DNA of 64,000 bases from a bacterium (GCA_027482685.1 JAIXVU010000003.1:38065-102064), one strand, 5' to 3'; shown: positions 41,299 through 52,123, counted from the first letter of the stretch. The notes: generated by a model from the letters alone, not told the origin. Program-made: numbers and translations.

Positions 41299-41616
41299 AT
41301 GGCAACAAAGAAAACAACAATCGAAAAGAAAGACGATAAGGCTATAACTTCAAAAGTTATACTAGTTCCTCGTATTACAGAAAAAGCTTCAGCTCAATCA
41401 GTTGCTAATGCATATACATTTGTCGTTGCATCAAATGCTACTAAGCACTCAGTTATCGCAGAGATCAAGCGTGAGTACAAGGTTACACCACGAGCTGTTA
41501 ATATCACTAATATTCAGTCACAAGCTGTTTTTGTTCGTGGACGTTTTGGAACAAAAGCGGGAATGAAAAAAGCAATTGTGTTCTTGAAGAAAGGCGACAC
41601 CATCACTCTTGCATAG
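41299..41616 (+). CDS. rplW: 50S ribosomal protein L23
   Basis: PRITEKA, KKAIVFL; synteny. Confidence 0.95.
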   Translation: MATKKTTIEKKDDKAITSKVILVPRITEKASAQSVANAYTFVVASNATKHSVIAEIKREYKVTPRAVNITNIQSQAVFVRGRFGTKAGMKKAIVFLKKGDTITLA

Positions 41617-41637
41617 TATCTCAGTAACGAATTATTT

Positions 41638-42477
41638 ATGAAAACATACAAACCAACAACTCCATCACGTCGTAAGATGTCCACGGTAACCTACCGCGGA
41701 GTTCTCACAACGAATGATCCATATAAGCCCCTCACAAAAGGTTTCCGTCGTGGTTCAGGGCGAAACGCGTATGGTCGCATCACTTCTCAGCATAGGGGAG
41801 GAGGGCACAAGCGTTCATATCGTGAGATTGATTTTAAGTACAACAAACTAGATATCCCTGCAAAGATTCAGACTATCGAGTATGATCCTAACCGATCAGG
41901 ATTCATCGCGCTTGCTGCATACAAGGACGGAGCAAAGACATATGTTCTTGTCCCTAAGTCTGTAAAAGTAGGAGATACATTTATTGTTTCAGAAAAAGCT
42001 GATCTTCTCACTGGTAATCGTGTGATGCTCAAGAATATTCCAGTTGGTACATTTGTGTATAATATTGAGGTCAAGCCTCGTGCGGGAGCTAAGCTTGTAC
42101 GTTCAGCAGGAACATTCGCACAAGTTGTTGCGCATGACAACGGATTCACTTCCCTCAAACTTCCTTCAACAGAAGTTCGTAAAGTAGTAGATCAGTGTTT
42201 TGCATCTATTGGTGAAGTTTCAAATGATGAGTACAGACTACGTAATATTGGTAAAGCTGGTCGTTCACGCCACTTGGGTATTAGACCTAAGACTCGTGCG
42301 ATGGCTCGTAACCCAGTTGACCACCCATACGGAGGAGGAGAAGGAGCGCAGCCTCGTGGAACACGTCGTCCAAAGACCAAGCAAGGTAAGACAACAGGTG
42401 GACACAAGACTCGTGCACCTAAGAAATATTCTAACGTACATATTGTTTCTCGTCGTGTAGTTCGAAAGAAAAAGTAA
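41638..42477 (+). CDS. rplB: 50S ribosomal protein L2
   Basis: IEYDPNRS, NPVDHPYGGGEG. Confidence 0.98.
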   Translation: MKTYKPTTPSRRKMSTVTYRGVLTTNDPYKPLTKGFRRGSGRNAYGRITSQHRGGGHKRSYREIDFKYNKLDIPAKIQTIEYDPNRSGFIALAAYKDGAKTYVLVPKSVKVGDTFIVSEKADLLTGNRVMLKNIPVGTFVYNIEVKPRAGAKLVRSAGTFAQVVAHDNGFTSLKLPSTEVRKVVDQCFASIGEVSNDEYRLRNIGKAGRSRHLGIRPKTRAMARNPVDHPYGGGEGAQPRGTRRPKTKQGKTTGGHKTRAPKKYSNVHIVSRRVVRKKK

Positions 42478-42548
42478 TATAAAGTAAATCTCTAAAAAGT
42501 CTTTACTTTCAATAAAAATCTGATATAATTAAGCCCTATTAACCAACC

Positions 42549-42893
42549 ATGACACGATCACTTCACAAAGGTCCATACGTAGACGAACGAGTACTCAAGA
42601 AAGTTCTCGGCAAGCGCCCTGAAACAACTGGGGTTATTAAGACTTGGATCCGTCGTTCTGATATTTCTCCTGAGATGGTGGGTTTTACATTTGGTGTGTA
42701 TAACGGTAAGACTCATATTGAAGTTCTTGTAACAGAAGATATGGTTGGGCATAAGCTTGGTGAGTTTTCTCCAACACGTAAGTTTATCCGTCACGGAGGT
42801 AAGATGCAAAAGGAAATAGATCAGAAGAAGAAAGAAGCAGAAATAACTCAAGCTAAGGCTGCTAAGGCAACAACAGACACTAAGAAGAAATAA
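42549..42893 (+). CDS. rpsS: 30S ribosomal protein S19
   Basis: [13 protein letters not shown]. Confidence 0.98.
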   Translation: MTRSLHKGPYVDERVLKKVLGKRPETTGVIKTWIRRSDISPEMVGFTFGVYNGKTHIEVLVTEDMVGHKLGEFSPTRKFIRHGGKMQKEIDQKKKEAEITQAKAAKATTDTKKK

Positions 42894-42907
42894 TGTAACA
42901 ATTTTGT

Positions 42908-43255
42908 ATGAAAGCATCTCTTAAAAATTATCGCCAAGCACCTCGTAAAGTTCGTCTCATCACGACACTGGTTCAAGGTAAGTCAGCAGTACAAGCACAA
43001 GCTATTTTGTCTCACCTTATTAAGCGTGGAGCACTACCTATCAAGAAACTTCTTGATTCTGCTATTGCAAATGCCGGCGTACCAGCAGATACACTTATCG
43101 TAAAGTCAGCTCGTGTAGACAAGGGGGTTGTTATGAAGCGCTGGATGCCACGAGCAATGGGTCGCGCTTTCCCAATTCATAAGCATACAAGTAAGGTTGT
43201 GATTGAACTAGCAACTAAAGAAACAAACCTTACAACTAACGTTTCAGCTAAATAA
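42908..43255 (+). CDS. rplV: 50S ribosomal protein L22
   Basis: APRKVRL, PRAMGRA. Confidence 0.97.
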   Translation: MKASLKNYRQAPRKVRLITTLVQGKSAVQAQAILSHLIKRGALPIKKLLDSAIANAGVPADTLIVKSARVDKGVVMKRWMPRAMGRAFPIHKHTSKVVIELATKETNLTTNVSAK

Positions 43256-43259
43256 TTAT

Positions 43260-43931
43260 ATGACACACGTAGTACACCCATATGCACATAGACTTGGAAT
43301 CATCCGTGACTGGAAGTCACGCTGGTTCGGTAAGAAAGTAAATTATGTTGACCATCTTCGTGCGGATGTTCTAGTTCGCGCTTGGATGACTAAGCGTCTA
43401 CGTGGTATGTATCTTTCACTTATTGAGATTGAAAGAAGTGAGAAGCAATATCGTATTATGATTCATACATCACGTCCTGGTATGATAATCGGTCGTGGAG
43501 GAGATGGTATCGAGAAGCTCCGCGCAGCACTTAAGAAAGAAATGCATCGCCTCAAGATAACTGTTCCACAAGATGTTAAACTTGATATCATCGAAGTCAA
43601 TAACCCAGAGGCAGATGCAGCAATTGTTGCTGCAATGGTAGCTGAAGGTATTGAGAAGCGCCTTCCGTTCCGTAGAGTTCTCAAGACTACTATTGAGAAA
43701 GTTATGGCTAACCGCGATGTACAAGGTGCGCGTATCTCAGTATCAGGTCGTCTAGGAGGAGCCGAAATGGCACGCCGTGAACAGATTAAGCGTGGAGGTA
43801 TTCCACTACAGACACTTCGTGCAGATATAGATTTTGCACGTGATAAAGCTCACATGACATATGGAGTTATTGGTATCAAGGTATGGATTTACCGTGGTAT
43901 GAAGTTTGATAAGAAAGAAGGTACTAAATAA
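43260..43931 (+). CDS. rpsC: 30S ribosomal protein S3
   Basis: RPGMIIG, GRLGGAEMAR, PLQTLRADID. Confidence 0.98.
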   Translation: MTHVVHPYAHRLGIIRDWKSRWFGKKVNYVDHLRADVLVRAWMTKRLRGMYLSLIEIERSEKQYRIMIHTSRPGMIIGRGGDGIEKLRAALKKEMHRLKITVPQDVKLDIIEVNNPEADAAIVAAMVAEGIEKRLPFRRVLKTTIEKVMANRDVQGARISVSGRLGGAEMARREQIKRGGIPLQTLRADIDFARDKAHMTYGVIGIKVWIYRGMKFDKKEGTK

Positions 43932-43946
43932 TATAACTGAACTGAT

Positions 43947-44366
43947 ATGCTATTCCCTAAAAAAGTAAAACACCGAAAGTGGCAGACAGGAAGACTCTCT
44001 GAAGAGAAGCTTGCTCGTCCTGAGACACGTGGTATCGAAGTATCATTTGGTTCTTTCGGACTTAAGGCAGAGACCCCATCTCGTATTGCTGCTAATCAGA
44101 TAGAAGCTGCTCGTCGTGCTATGACTCGCCACGCTGGTAAGACTGCAAAGGTGTGGATTCGTATTTTCCCAGATCGTCCTGTTACACAAAAAGCAGCTGA
44201 AGTTCCTATGGGTAAGGGTAAAGGAGATCCAGATCGCTATGTATTTGAAGTTCGTCCAGGACGAGTACTCTTTGAGATAGACGGGGTAAGTGAGCAAGTT
44301 GCTCGTGAAGCACTTCGTAAAGCTGGATGTAAATTACCAGTTAAGACTAGAGTAGTAACTCGTTAA
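43947..44366 (+). CDS. rplP: 50S ribosomal protein L16
   Basis: QIEAARR, WIRIFPD, MGKGKG. Confidence 0.98.
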   Translation: MLFPKKVKHRKWQTGRLSEEKLARPETRGIEVSFGSFGLKAETPSRIAANQIEAARRAMTRHAGKTAKVWIRIFPDRPVTQKAAEVPMGKGKGDPDRYVFEVRPGRVLFEIDGVSEQVAREALRKAGCKLPVKTRVVTR

Positions 44367-44376
44367 TTATATTGTT

Positions 44377-44628
44377 ATGAATACATCAATTAAAACAAAA
44401 AAGCAGTTGTCAGGAAAAGTAGTTTCTGACAAAATGGATAAAACAGTAGTAGTGAACACTGTTCGCTATATCGCGCACAAGAAATACGGCAAGTATTTCA
44501 AGGTAGATAAGCGTTACAAAGCTCACGATGAGAATAATGAATACAAAGTAGGGGACATTGTTACCATTGAAGAATGTCGTCCGCTTTCAAAAGACAAGAA
44601 CTTCACTGTTATTAGTAAAAAGGCGTAA
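44377..44628 (+). CDS. rpsQ: 30S ribosomal protein S17
   Basis: GKVVSDKMDKT, ECRPLSK. Confidence 0.98.
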   Translation: MNTSIKTKKQLSGKVVSDKMDKTVVVNTVRYIAHKKYGKYFKVDKRYKAHDENNEYKVGDIVTIEECRPLSKDKNFTVISKKA

Positions 44629-44681
44629 TAGCACTTTTGCATCAACTAATAACTAATTACTAACAACTAACTACAACACCT

Positions 44682-45062
44682 ATGATACAAGCAGGCACAA
44701 ATGTAAAAATAACAGATAACTCAGGCGGAAAATTCGGCCGTGTTTTCAAAGTGCTTGGTGGCAGTAAGCGTCGTTATGCATCACTTTGCGATATGGTGGT
44801 GCTTTCAGTTAAGGTTGCAGAACCTCGTAAGCAGACTAAGAAGAAAGATATTGTATACGGTGTAGTAGTTCGTACCACTAAGCAAGTACGTCGTTCTGAT
44901 GGATCATATATCTCATTTGATGATAATGCAGTTGTTATTGTAGATAAGACTAAGAAAGAACCGAAAGCAGGACGTGTGTTCGGGCCTATCCCACGTGAAC
45001 TTTCACAGTCAGGAGTTGATGGGTTTAAGAAAATTGCATCTCTTGCACCTGAGATAATTTAA
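44682..45062 (+). CDS. rplN: 50S ribosomal protein L14
   Basis: DNSG, FDDNAVV, SLAPE. Confidence 0.98.
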   Translation: MIQAGTNVKITDNSGGKFGRVFKVLGGSKRRYASLCDMVVLSVKVAEPRKQTKKKDIVYGVVVRTTKQVRRSDGSYISFDDNAVVIVDKTKKEPKAGRVFGPIPRELSQSGVDGFKKIASLAPEII

Positions 45063-45072
45063 TTTTATATAT

Positions 45073-45357
45073 ATGCACGTAAAAAAAGGCGACAAAGTAA
45101 TAGTAATTGCAGGTAAGGAGAAGGGGAAGACTGGAGAGATTTCTTCTGTAATAAGAACAACTAACCGTGTTGTTATAGAAGGTCTTAACAAAATGAAGAA
45201 GCATATCAAGGCTCCAAAAGCAGGAGAGAAAGGTGGGGTCGTTGAGATTTCAATGTCAATCCACGCATCAAACGTAAAGCTCGCTGACAAGAAAGCAAAA
45301 ACAGAAGTCAAACCTAAACCAGCTGCAAAAAAGAAAACTGCAAAGAAAGCTGAGTAA
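45073..45357 (+). CDS. rplX: 50S ribosomal protein L24
   Basis: KOW motif KKGDKVIVIAGKEKGK, IHASNV. Confidence 0.97.
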   Translation: MHVKKGDKVIVIAGKEKGKTGEISSVIRTTNRVVIEGLNKMKKHIKAPKAGEKGGVVEISMSIHASNVKLADKKAKTEVKPKPAAKKKTAKKAE

Positions 45358-45552
45358 TAATACTAATAAAAAGAACCGCTCGTAAGAGCGGTTCTTTAAT
45401 TATTTATACCCACCAATATAGTACAAATGCTCTAAAAAATAGCCTAGATATATCTTTTCTTTTATAGTAATTCCTTGTACTATTGTTGTAGGTGCATAAC
45501 CTGCATATTTCTGTTCATTTTTGTATAACTCTCTCACGAAGAAAGGTTTGCT

Positions 45553-46050
45553 ATGGATATCAAAGGTGGAACAAATCATCCCCCAATGTATCTCCGAAAT
45601 GCTCTTATGGCGGTTGATCGGGCTATCCTTGGGCTAGCTCGTAACGACTGCTATCAAGAGGGGAGGTGCTTCGAAGGGGTTCTACGTCTTCTTGCGGATA
45701 GCGATACGCTTCTAGCAGAACTTGATAGCGAAGAGAGATATCAAAAAGTTGTGGTTAAAGATGCTATCCTTCGTGCATTCCGAGCACTTCACAGAGACCA
45801 GGATCTTGTACCACGACGTGTACGGAATTTCTTAAGGAGAGAAATTGCGGCATTTGTCTGTGAAAGATTTACAAATGCACGTGATAGAGAAGTACACCCC
45901 GAGCTCTTGGCCATCCTCACCGAACTATCCTTAGACAAGCATGCACCAAGAAAATTTATTTCCCCTCCAGAAATTCATACACGTCGCAAGGATGACCTGA
46001 TTAGATTCCTTAAAGAAATGAAAGAAGCTCTCAAGCTACAGCTTACGTAA
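45553..46050 (+). CDS. Hypothetical protein inserted between rplX and rplE
   Basis: 165-aa ORF with hairpins on both sides (45371-45397, ~46095-46115). Confidence 0.7.
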   Translation: MDIKGGTNHPPMYLRNALMAVDRAILGLARNDCYQEGRCFEGVLRLLADSDTLLAELDSEERYQKVVVKDAILRAFRALHRDQDLVPRRVRNFLRREIAAFVCERFTNARDREVHPELLAILTELSLDKHAPRKFISPPEIHTRRKDDLIRFLKEMKEALKLQLT

Positions 46051-46287
46051 AAGGCATTCTGCTATGAGCTGTTCGCATATAGCTTTTGTTTCTGAGCCTC
46101 GCACCATGCGGGGCTTTCTTATGTATTGAAAGCGAAATGTAGTGCTTCCAAAATTGCTATACATGTGGTAGAGTGTAGTTCTATTATCAGATAACGCGTA
46201 GCAGTATCTGCACGCACGATAAGCGACGTATAACGTTTCCTAGAACTTTATGTTCGAAGAAGCCAATCGTGCTTACAAACAATATAT

Positions 46288-46842
46288 ATGGCACAAGCAT
46301 TTAAGAGTGTAAAAGAAAAAGAAAAGGCATCATTTGATGTCCTTTCAAAGGAATTTGGTTTCAAGAATATAATGGCGGCACCTCATCTTACAAAGGTGAC
46401 AGTATCTGTTGCTACAGGTTCAGCTATGAAAAAAGACCGCAAGCGTAACGAGCTTGTGATGGATAGACTCGCTAAGATTACAGGACAGAAGCCAACACTT
46501 AGAAAGGCTAAGATGTCAGTTGCGTCATTCAAGACCCGTGAAGGGGACGAAATCGGAGTAGCGGTAACACTTCGCGGAGCTCGTATGTATGGGTTTCTTG
46601 ATAAGGTGTTTAATGTGTCACTTCCTCGTACAAAGGACTTCCGTGGACTTAACCGTACATCGGTTGACGCTATTGGTAATATGACCTTTGGTATTAAGGA
46701 GCATACAATCTTCCCAGAAATTCATGATGAAGAGCTAAAAGATGTTTTTGGAATGGCCATCACCATGGTAACCACAGCAAAGACAAAAGAAGTTGCTACT
46801 AGATTCTTCGAACTACTCGAAGTTCCTTTCAAAAAGGCATAA
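46288..46842 (+). CDS. rplE: 50S ribosomal protein L5
   Basis: ITGQKP, VTLRG, PRTKDFRG. Confidence 0.98.
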   Translation: MAQAFKSVKEKEKASFDVLSKEFGFKNIMAAPHLTKVTVSVATGSAMKKDRKRNELVMDRLAKITGQKPTLRKAKMSVASFKTREGDEIGVAVTLRGARMYGFLDKVFNVSLPRTKDFRGLNRTSVDAIGNMTFGIKEHTIFPEIHDEELKDVFGMAITMVTTAKTKEVATRFFELLEVPFKKA

Positions 46843-46941
46843 ATTGTTTATCTGCTTTGTTAAGAGAAGTTTCTCTCAGCCAGTGTACAATGGGTACGTT
46901 TCTACCGAAAACTTTCTTTCTTCACATAGCTAAAATAATTT
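46841..46941. repeat. Nested hairpin element (copy E, after rplE)
   Basis: tctgctttgtt...tcagccagt-GTAC-N5-GTAC...cttcacatagct, matching the modules of copy D. Confidence 0.7.
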
Positions 46942-47118
46942 TTGATCTTTTTGATTAAGAAGCTATATTTTCCTTTGTTCTATTGAAGTTTCAATTAGGG
47001 TAATAAAAAGAGGATGTCGCAAACATCCTCTTTTTATTTGTCATTTCTACATGAAGTAGGGAGTTTTGAAGACAGGCAACACTTGACAAGTTTATATAAA
47101 TACTGTAGGATAGGGCCC

Positions 47119-48504
47119 ATGAAAACAGGAATTAAAAACATCGTCATCGGGCTTAGTTTTTTGGGTATTTTTACTAGTTTTAGTGGTTTTGCACAAGCGG
47201 GGTATTTTAATACAACCCCAATTGAGCAGTGTGATGTTGTTATTGTAAGTAACCTATCTTTTGGTTCACGCAATCAAGATGTTCTTACTCTACAGCAGTT
47301 TCTAGCTCGCGCTGGGTACCTTCACGCTACTCCTAATGGGTACTTTGGGCATGGTACCAGATCTGCTGTACAGGCTTTTCAAGCTGACAACTACATTCGT
47401 CAGACAGGAACAGTGGGAGCTGAAACCCGTAATGCTCTAAATGAAAGACTTTGCGATGCACGGGTATCACGCTACTCATTTAACGATGATTACTATGATT
47501 ATGCGTCTGGGGTAACATATGTTGATGGATATGATCCATATGTAACTGTCGTATCTCCTACTCCTCAAATACCAGCCGTGTATGCAACTCCACAGGCAAA
47601 TATAGCAACTCGTAATACAAATGTCTCAGTTGCTACAAACAGAACTGCAGACATTACAAGTGGTTCAGTTGTCTCTCCTCTTGTTGCTTCTACTCAAACA
47701 AATTTTGGCAACCTTCCTTCTCCTGCTAGTGTTGATAGAACATCTATTGTCTTTAATCCAAGTATTGGTTATACAACTGTCATTACTCCAAAGGTGCAGT
47801 CATTAACTATCCTTACTCCGCTTTCATATACTGTATACAATGAAGGTGATACTGTGTCTCTCACATGGAGAACACAAGGACTATCACAAACACAGTTTGT
47901 AGTGCTTCTTGAAAATAAGAATACTCGTCAGAGTCGTACAGTTGCCGTTACATCTTCGATGAATGCCTCGTTTACTCTTACTAAGGATCTTCTTGATGCT
48001 GTATGTAATGGACCATGTGATGCTAATGCTCAAGCAGCATTTGGTATCGTTATTACTACTCCTGTTACTGATCTTGCGGGTACTGTAACGACTTTCAGAT
48101 CAACCCTTTCACCTATTGCAATTAAGCGTCCTTTTGCAGGGACTGGTATTGGGGCAGTATCTCTTAGTATTAAGAATCCTGTTGCTTCAAATGAAGTAGT
48201 TAAACTTTTCCTTAACTTACCTGGTATTAGTAATGTTGATGCGTATACTAACTATTCATTTAAGATTCGCGCAACATGTATTCCTGGTGTACAAGTGAGA
48301 CTAGGTGGCGTTGAATGTGGTCAAGACTTTATAATTCCAATCGGCGCTGTTTACTTCCAAAATCAAATTCCTGTAGCAATTAATAATACAACATGGTTCA
48401 GACAAGACGTTGCGTTTACCCTTACTGTTATAAATGCTCAGGGGCAAGTAGTGGGACAAGCAGAAACAAAGACTACAGTAAACGGCGCACCGTTTAGTTG
48501 GTAG
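47119..48504 (+). CDS. Secreted protein with peptidoglycan-binding (PG_binding_1) domain
   Basis: Signal peptide; LSFGSRNQDVLTLQQFL...GYFGHGTRSAVQAFQ. Confidence 0.85.
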   Translation: MKTGIKNIVIGLSFLGIFTSFSGFAQAGYFNTTPIEQCDVVIVSNLSFGSRNQDVLTLQQFLARAGYLHATPNGYFGHGTRSAVQAFQADNYIRQTGTVGAETRNALNERLCDARVSRYSFNDDYYDYASGVTYVDGYDPYVTVVSPTPQIPAVYATPQANIATRNTNVSVATNRTADITSGSVVSPLVASTQTNFGNLPSPASVDRTSIVFNPSIGYTTVITPKVQSLTILTPLSYTVYNEGDTVSLTWRTQGLSQTQFVVLLENKNTRQSRTVAVTSSMNASFTLTKDLLDAVCNGPCDANAQAAFGIVITTPVTDLAGTVTTFRSTLSPIAIKRPFAGTGIGAVSLSIKNPVASNEVVKLFLNLPGISNVDAYTNYSFKIRATCIPGVQVRLGGVECGQDFIIPIGAVYFQNQIPVAINNTTWFRQDVAFTLTVINAQGQVVGQAETKTTVNGAPFSW

Positions 48505-48565
48505 TAGATAATCTGTGATATAAAAAAACGACGCGCATCCGCGTCGTTTTTTTATTGATATAGGT

Positions 48566-48973
48566 TTATGCAAGTGCTGTTTTAACAAGAAACATAACTG
48601 CCGTTACCGCACCAACTAGTAACGTTCCCCAAAGGATATCAACGATGACAATAGACCAAGGATATTCTTTGAATACTGCGAGATTGGTGAAGTCATAAAA
48701 TGCATATAGTACAAATCCCAGAAGCGCACCGTATAGAAATGCATTTAACGTCGTAGATGCACGAGATAGTGCAAAGACCCATATACCAAGTATTCCGACG
48801 ATATACACAAGGGGAATTGCGGGAAGGTAAGGCACAAGCGATCCTTCGACTATGTTTGCATGCGCTTTTAATCCGTCTAAGTAGAACGTTTTTGCGATTT
48901 TGGCTAGCCAGACATAGTCAAGAACAGTAAAAGTAATAATACCTGCAAGCGATGTGAGTATAATTGATATCAT
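48566..48973 (-). CDS. DUF2177 family membrane protein
   Basis: LDYVWL, YDFTNLA, DILWG. Confidence 0.85.
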   Translation of the reverse strand: MISIILTSLAGIITFTVLDYVWLAKIAKTFYLDGLKAHANIVEGSLVPYLPAIPLVYIVGILGIWVFALSRASTTLNAFLYGALLGFVLYAFYDFTNLAVFKEYPWSIVIVDILWGTLLVGAVTAVMFLVKTALA

Positions 48974-49271
48974 ATATGTAAAGTGTAGCATACAAAGTAA
49001 CATAGTTCTGATTGTAGCTGTGAACGGTATGTCTTTTTTTGATGAAGATAAGTGAGATGCTAAAAGTGTGCAGTTCTTGTTATTTCTTATATTTTATGGT
49101 ATAGTTAATAAGCTTTCTGTAATCCGTGTATCTCCGTAAGTATTAGAGACTTCTCTATTATTTACGTTCATATCACGCTGATATTCAGAGAGTTAGTACT
49201 TATGTAGGAGTATTGCAGTTTTGCATTTCCTTAATTACTAATTACCAATTACTAATTACAGTATAAATCGA

Positions 49272-49457
49272 ATGGCAAAAACATCAGTTATTGCGCGAGC
49301 AAACAAAAAGCCAAAATTCTCGTCACGAATAGTTAACCGATGCTTCAAGTGTGGTCGAAAGCACGGGTTCATGCGAGATTTCGGTCTTTGTCGTATCTGT
49401 TTTCGTGAACTCGCAAACGAGGGAATGATTCCAGGGGTGACAAAGTCATCATGGTAG
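49272..49457 (+). CDS. rpsN: 30S ribosomal protein S14 (type Z, zinc-binding)
   Basis: [23 protein letters not shown]. Confidence 0.98.
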   Translation: MAKTSVIARANKKPKFSSRIVNRCFKCGRKHGFMRDFGLCRICFRELANEGMIPGVTKSSW

Positions 49458-49492
49458 TTCTTCTTTAAGAGAAACTTCATACATAGAAATAT

Positions 49493-49876
49493 ATGGATCA
49501 AATAGCAAACATGTTAATTGCGATTAAAAACGCTGGTCTTGTAAAAAAGACAAGTTTAGTAATCCCTTCATCAAAGATGAAAGTCGCAATTCTCACACTT
49601 CTTAAAGCAGAAGGATACATCAAGACATTCCATGTTACAGAAGGTGTTAAGCTAACTGTAGAGATTGTTCTTGAGTACAAAAAAGATACACCACGTGTAC
49701 AGGGAGTCACTCGTGTATCAAAGCAGTCAAAGCGTGTTTATACAGGAGTGAAAGATATTTCATCTGTAAAATATGGTCACGGTATGGCAGTTCTTTCAAC
49801 ACCAAAAGGTATCTTAACTGATAAGCAAGCACGCAAGGAGCTTGTTGGTGGAGAATTATTATTCACAATTTGGTAA
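49493..49876 (+). CDS. rpsH: 30S ribosomal protein S8
   Basis: DQIANML, LSTPKGI, GGELL. Confidence 0.97.
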   Translation: MDQIANMLIAIKNAGLVKKTSLVIPSSKMKVAILTLLKAEGYIKTFHVTEGVKLTVEIVLEYKKDTPRVQGVTRVSKQSKRVYTGVKDISSVKYGHGMAVLSTPKGILTDKQARKELVGGELLFTIW

Positions 49877-49882
49877 AAACGT

Positions 49883-50416
49883 ATGAGCAGAATAGGAAAA
49901 CAACAAATAACAATTCCAGCAGGTGTCACGGTAACGTTTGATGCCCATGCTGTACGTGTCAAAGGACCAAAGGGAGAAATCATGCGACCTGTTCGTAATG
50001 AAATCGCTTTCACACAAGAAAACGGTATCATAACAGCAGAGCCTCGCCGTAACGATAAGTTCTCAAGGTCACTCTGGGGGACATATATGTCTCATATTAG
50101 TAATATGATTACAGGTGTAGTTACTCCATTTGAGAAGAAGCTTCTTGTAGAAGGGGTCGGATATAAGTGGGATGTTAAAGGCGCTGACCTCAACCTCTCT
50201 CTTGGGTTCTCTCATCCTGTAGTAATGCAAATCCCACAAGGACTCACTGTCGTTGCGGAGAAGAGTGCACTTACAATTACAGGTATTGATAAAGAGTTAG
50301 TCGGCCTCTTTGCAATGAAGGTACGTCAAATGAAGAAACCTGAACCTTACAAAGGTAAGGGAATTCGTTACAGTACTGAAACTATTCGTCGTAAGCAAGG
50401 TAAGAAATCTGCCTAA
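49883..50416 (+). CDS. rplF: 50S ribosomal protein L6
   Basis: [17 protein letters not shown]. Confidence 0.98.
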   Translation: MSRIGKQQITIPAGVTVTFDAHAVRVKGPKGEIMRPVRNEIAFTQENGIITAEPRRNDKFSRSLWGTYMSHISNMITGVVTPFEKKLLVEGVGYKWDVKGADLNLSLGFSHPVVMQIPQGLTVVAEKSALTITGIDKELVGLFAMKVRQMKKPEPYKGKGIRYSTETIRRKQGKKSA

Positions 50417-50442
50417 GTCTCTTGCACTTTTGTAAAAAATAT

Positions 50443-50793
50443 ATGAAAACAAATATCAAAACAGAAAAGAGGGCTCGTCTCCACAAAAAGATTCGTACAC
50501 GCGTATCAGGGACAGAAGCTCGCCCGAGACTTGCAGTATTTCGTTCTAACCGTTATATGTACGCACAACTTATCGATGATGTACGTGGACTAACTCTCGC
50601 ATCAGCGTCAGATATTGCTCTCACAGATAAGATGACAAAAGTTGAACGTGCAAAGAAGGTTGGAGCAACGCTTGCAACAGAAGCAAAGAAGAAAAATATT
50701 ACCTCAGTCGTATTTGACCGAGGCGGGTTCTCGTACCGTGGTCGAGTACAAGCACTAGCAGATGGTGCTCGTGAGGCTGGTCTTAACTTCTAA
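50443..50793 (+). CDS. rplR: 50S ribosomal protein L18
   Basis: [17 protein letters not shown]. Confidence 0.97.
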   Translation: MKTNIKTEKRARLHKKIRTRVSGTEARPRLAVFRSNRYMYAQLIDDVRGLTLASASDIALTDKMTKVERAKKVGATLATEAKKKNITSVVFDRGGFSYRGRVQALADGAREAGLNF

Positions 50794-50798
50794 CTATT

Positions 50799-51497
50799 AT
50801 GTCAGAACCAATTATCGAAAATACAACTACTGAAGAAGTAGTCAAAACAGCAGAAACTCCTACAACGGTAGAGACAGGTAATGTTGCTGTAGCAGCTGAG
50901 CCAGAAGCTCGTCCAGTTCGTGGTGCTCGTGGTGGCCAAAACAACCGAGGAGGAAAGGGTGGTGCTCGTGGCGGACGTCCAGCACGCCCACCTCGTGAGA
51001 AGCCAGAGTTTGATAGTAAGACTATCAGTATCCGTCGTGTGACTCGTGTGGTTTCAGGTGGACGACGCTTCACTCTTTCTGTAGCACTCGTCGCTGGAGA
51101 TAGAAATGGTCGTATCGGACTAGGAACAGGAAAGGCACTCGATACTCAAGTAGCAATTGAAAAAGCTCTTAAGGCAGCAAAGCGTAATATGATTCATATT
51201 AAGCTCACGAAGACCAAGTCTCTTCCTCATGATATCGACGCGAAGTTCAAGTCAGCTCAAGTCATGATCATGCCTAATAAGGGTCGTGGTCTCATTGCTG
51301 GATCGTCAGCGCGTACAATACTTGCTCTTGCAGGGCTAAGTAATGTAACAGCGAAGTTCTATTCTGGAACAAAGAATAAACTTAATAACGCTCGCGCGAC
51401 AATGAAGGCTCTTGAGCAGATTGCGTACGCTCATAACGAGGCGCCTGTTGCAAAGGTTGCAATGCAAGATGCCCCTGTAATTACTGAAACTAACTAA
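50799..51497 (+). CDS. rpsE: 30S ribosomal protein S5
   Basis: RVTRVVSGGRRF, N-terminal extension. Confidence 0.97.
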   Translation: MSEPIIENTTTEEVVKTAETPTTVETGNVAVAAEPEARPVRGARGGQNNRGGKGGARGGRPARPPREKPEFDSKTISIRRVTRVVSGGRRFTLSVALVAGDRNGRIGLGTGKALDTQVAIEKALKAAKRNMIHIKLTKTKSLPHDIDAKFKSAQVMIMPNKGRGLIAGSSARTILALAGLSNVTAKFYSGTKNKLNNARATMKALEQIAYAHNEAPVAKVAMQDAPVITETN

Positions 51498-51503
51498 ACG
51501 ACT

Positions 51504-52061
51504 ATGCAAATACATGAAATCAAGCGCGTACATGCGCTCAAAAAATCAAAACTTGTAGGTCGTGGTGGTAAGCGTGGTAAGACTGCAGGTAAAGGAGGTA
51601 AAGGTCAGACAGCACGTGCTGGTCACCGAGTGCGTCCTGCGATGCGTGATATTATCAAGAAGCTTCCAAAGTTGAGAGGTCATGGTAAGAACCGCGCAAA
51701 GTCAGTGTTTGATCGCGGACCAGAGGCAGTTGTTAACCTAAACGTTCTTAATGTCTTTGCAAAGGGTGATGTTGTTACACCAACTGCGCTTATTGCAAAA
51801 GGTCTCATTAAAGAAGTGATGGGTAAGACTCCAAAGGTTAAGATTCTCGGAACTGGAGACATTACAGCTGCTCTTTCATTTGAAGGGTGTGATGTATCAG
51901 CTACTGCAAAGGAGAAGATTGAGAAAGCGGGTGGCACAGTTACACAAACTGAAAAGCCAAAGACTCAGTCTCCTGAACTTCTAGCGAAGATTCAAGCAAA
52001 GCGTGATGCAAAGCTTACAAAAGCATCTAACAAAGGTGGTGCGAAGAAGGGGAAGAAGTAA
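51504..52061 (+). CDS. rplO: 50S ribosomal protein L15
   Basis: GRGGKRGKTAG, KILGTG, AKEKIEKAGG. Confidence 0.96.
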   Translation: MQIHEIKRVHALKKSKLVGRGGKRGKTAGKGGKGQTARAGHRVRPAMRDIIKKLPKLRGHGKNRAKSVFDRGPEAVVNLNVLNVFAKGDVVTPTALIAKGLIKEVMGKTPKVKILGTGDITAALSFEGCDVSATAKEKIEKAGGTVTQTEKPKTQSPELLAKIQAKRDAKLTKASNKGGAKKGKK

Positions 52062-52123
52062 AAACTAATTACTAGTTTTTAGTAATTAGTTACTAGTGAA
52101 ATACTAAAAACAAGTTACAAAAT

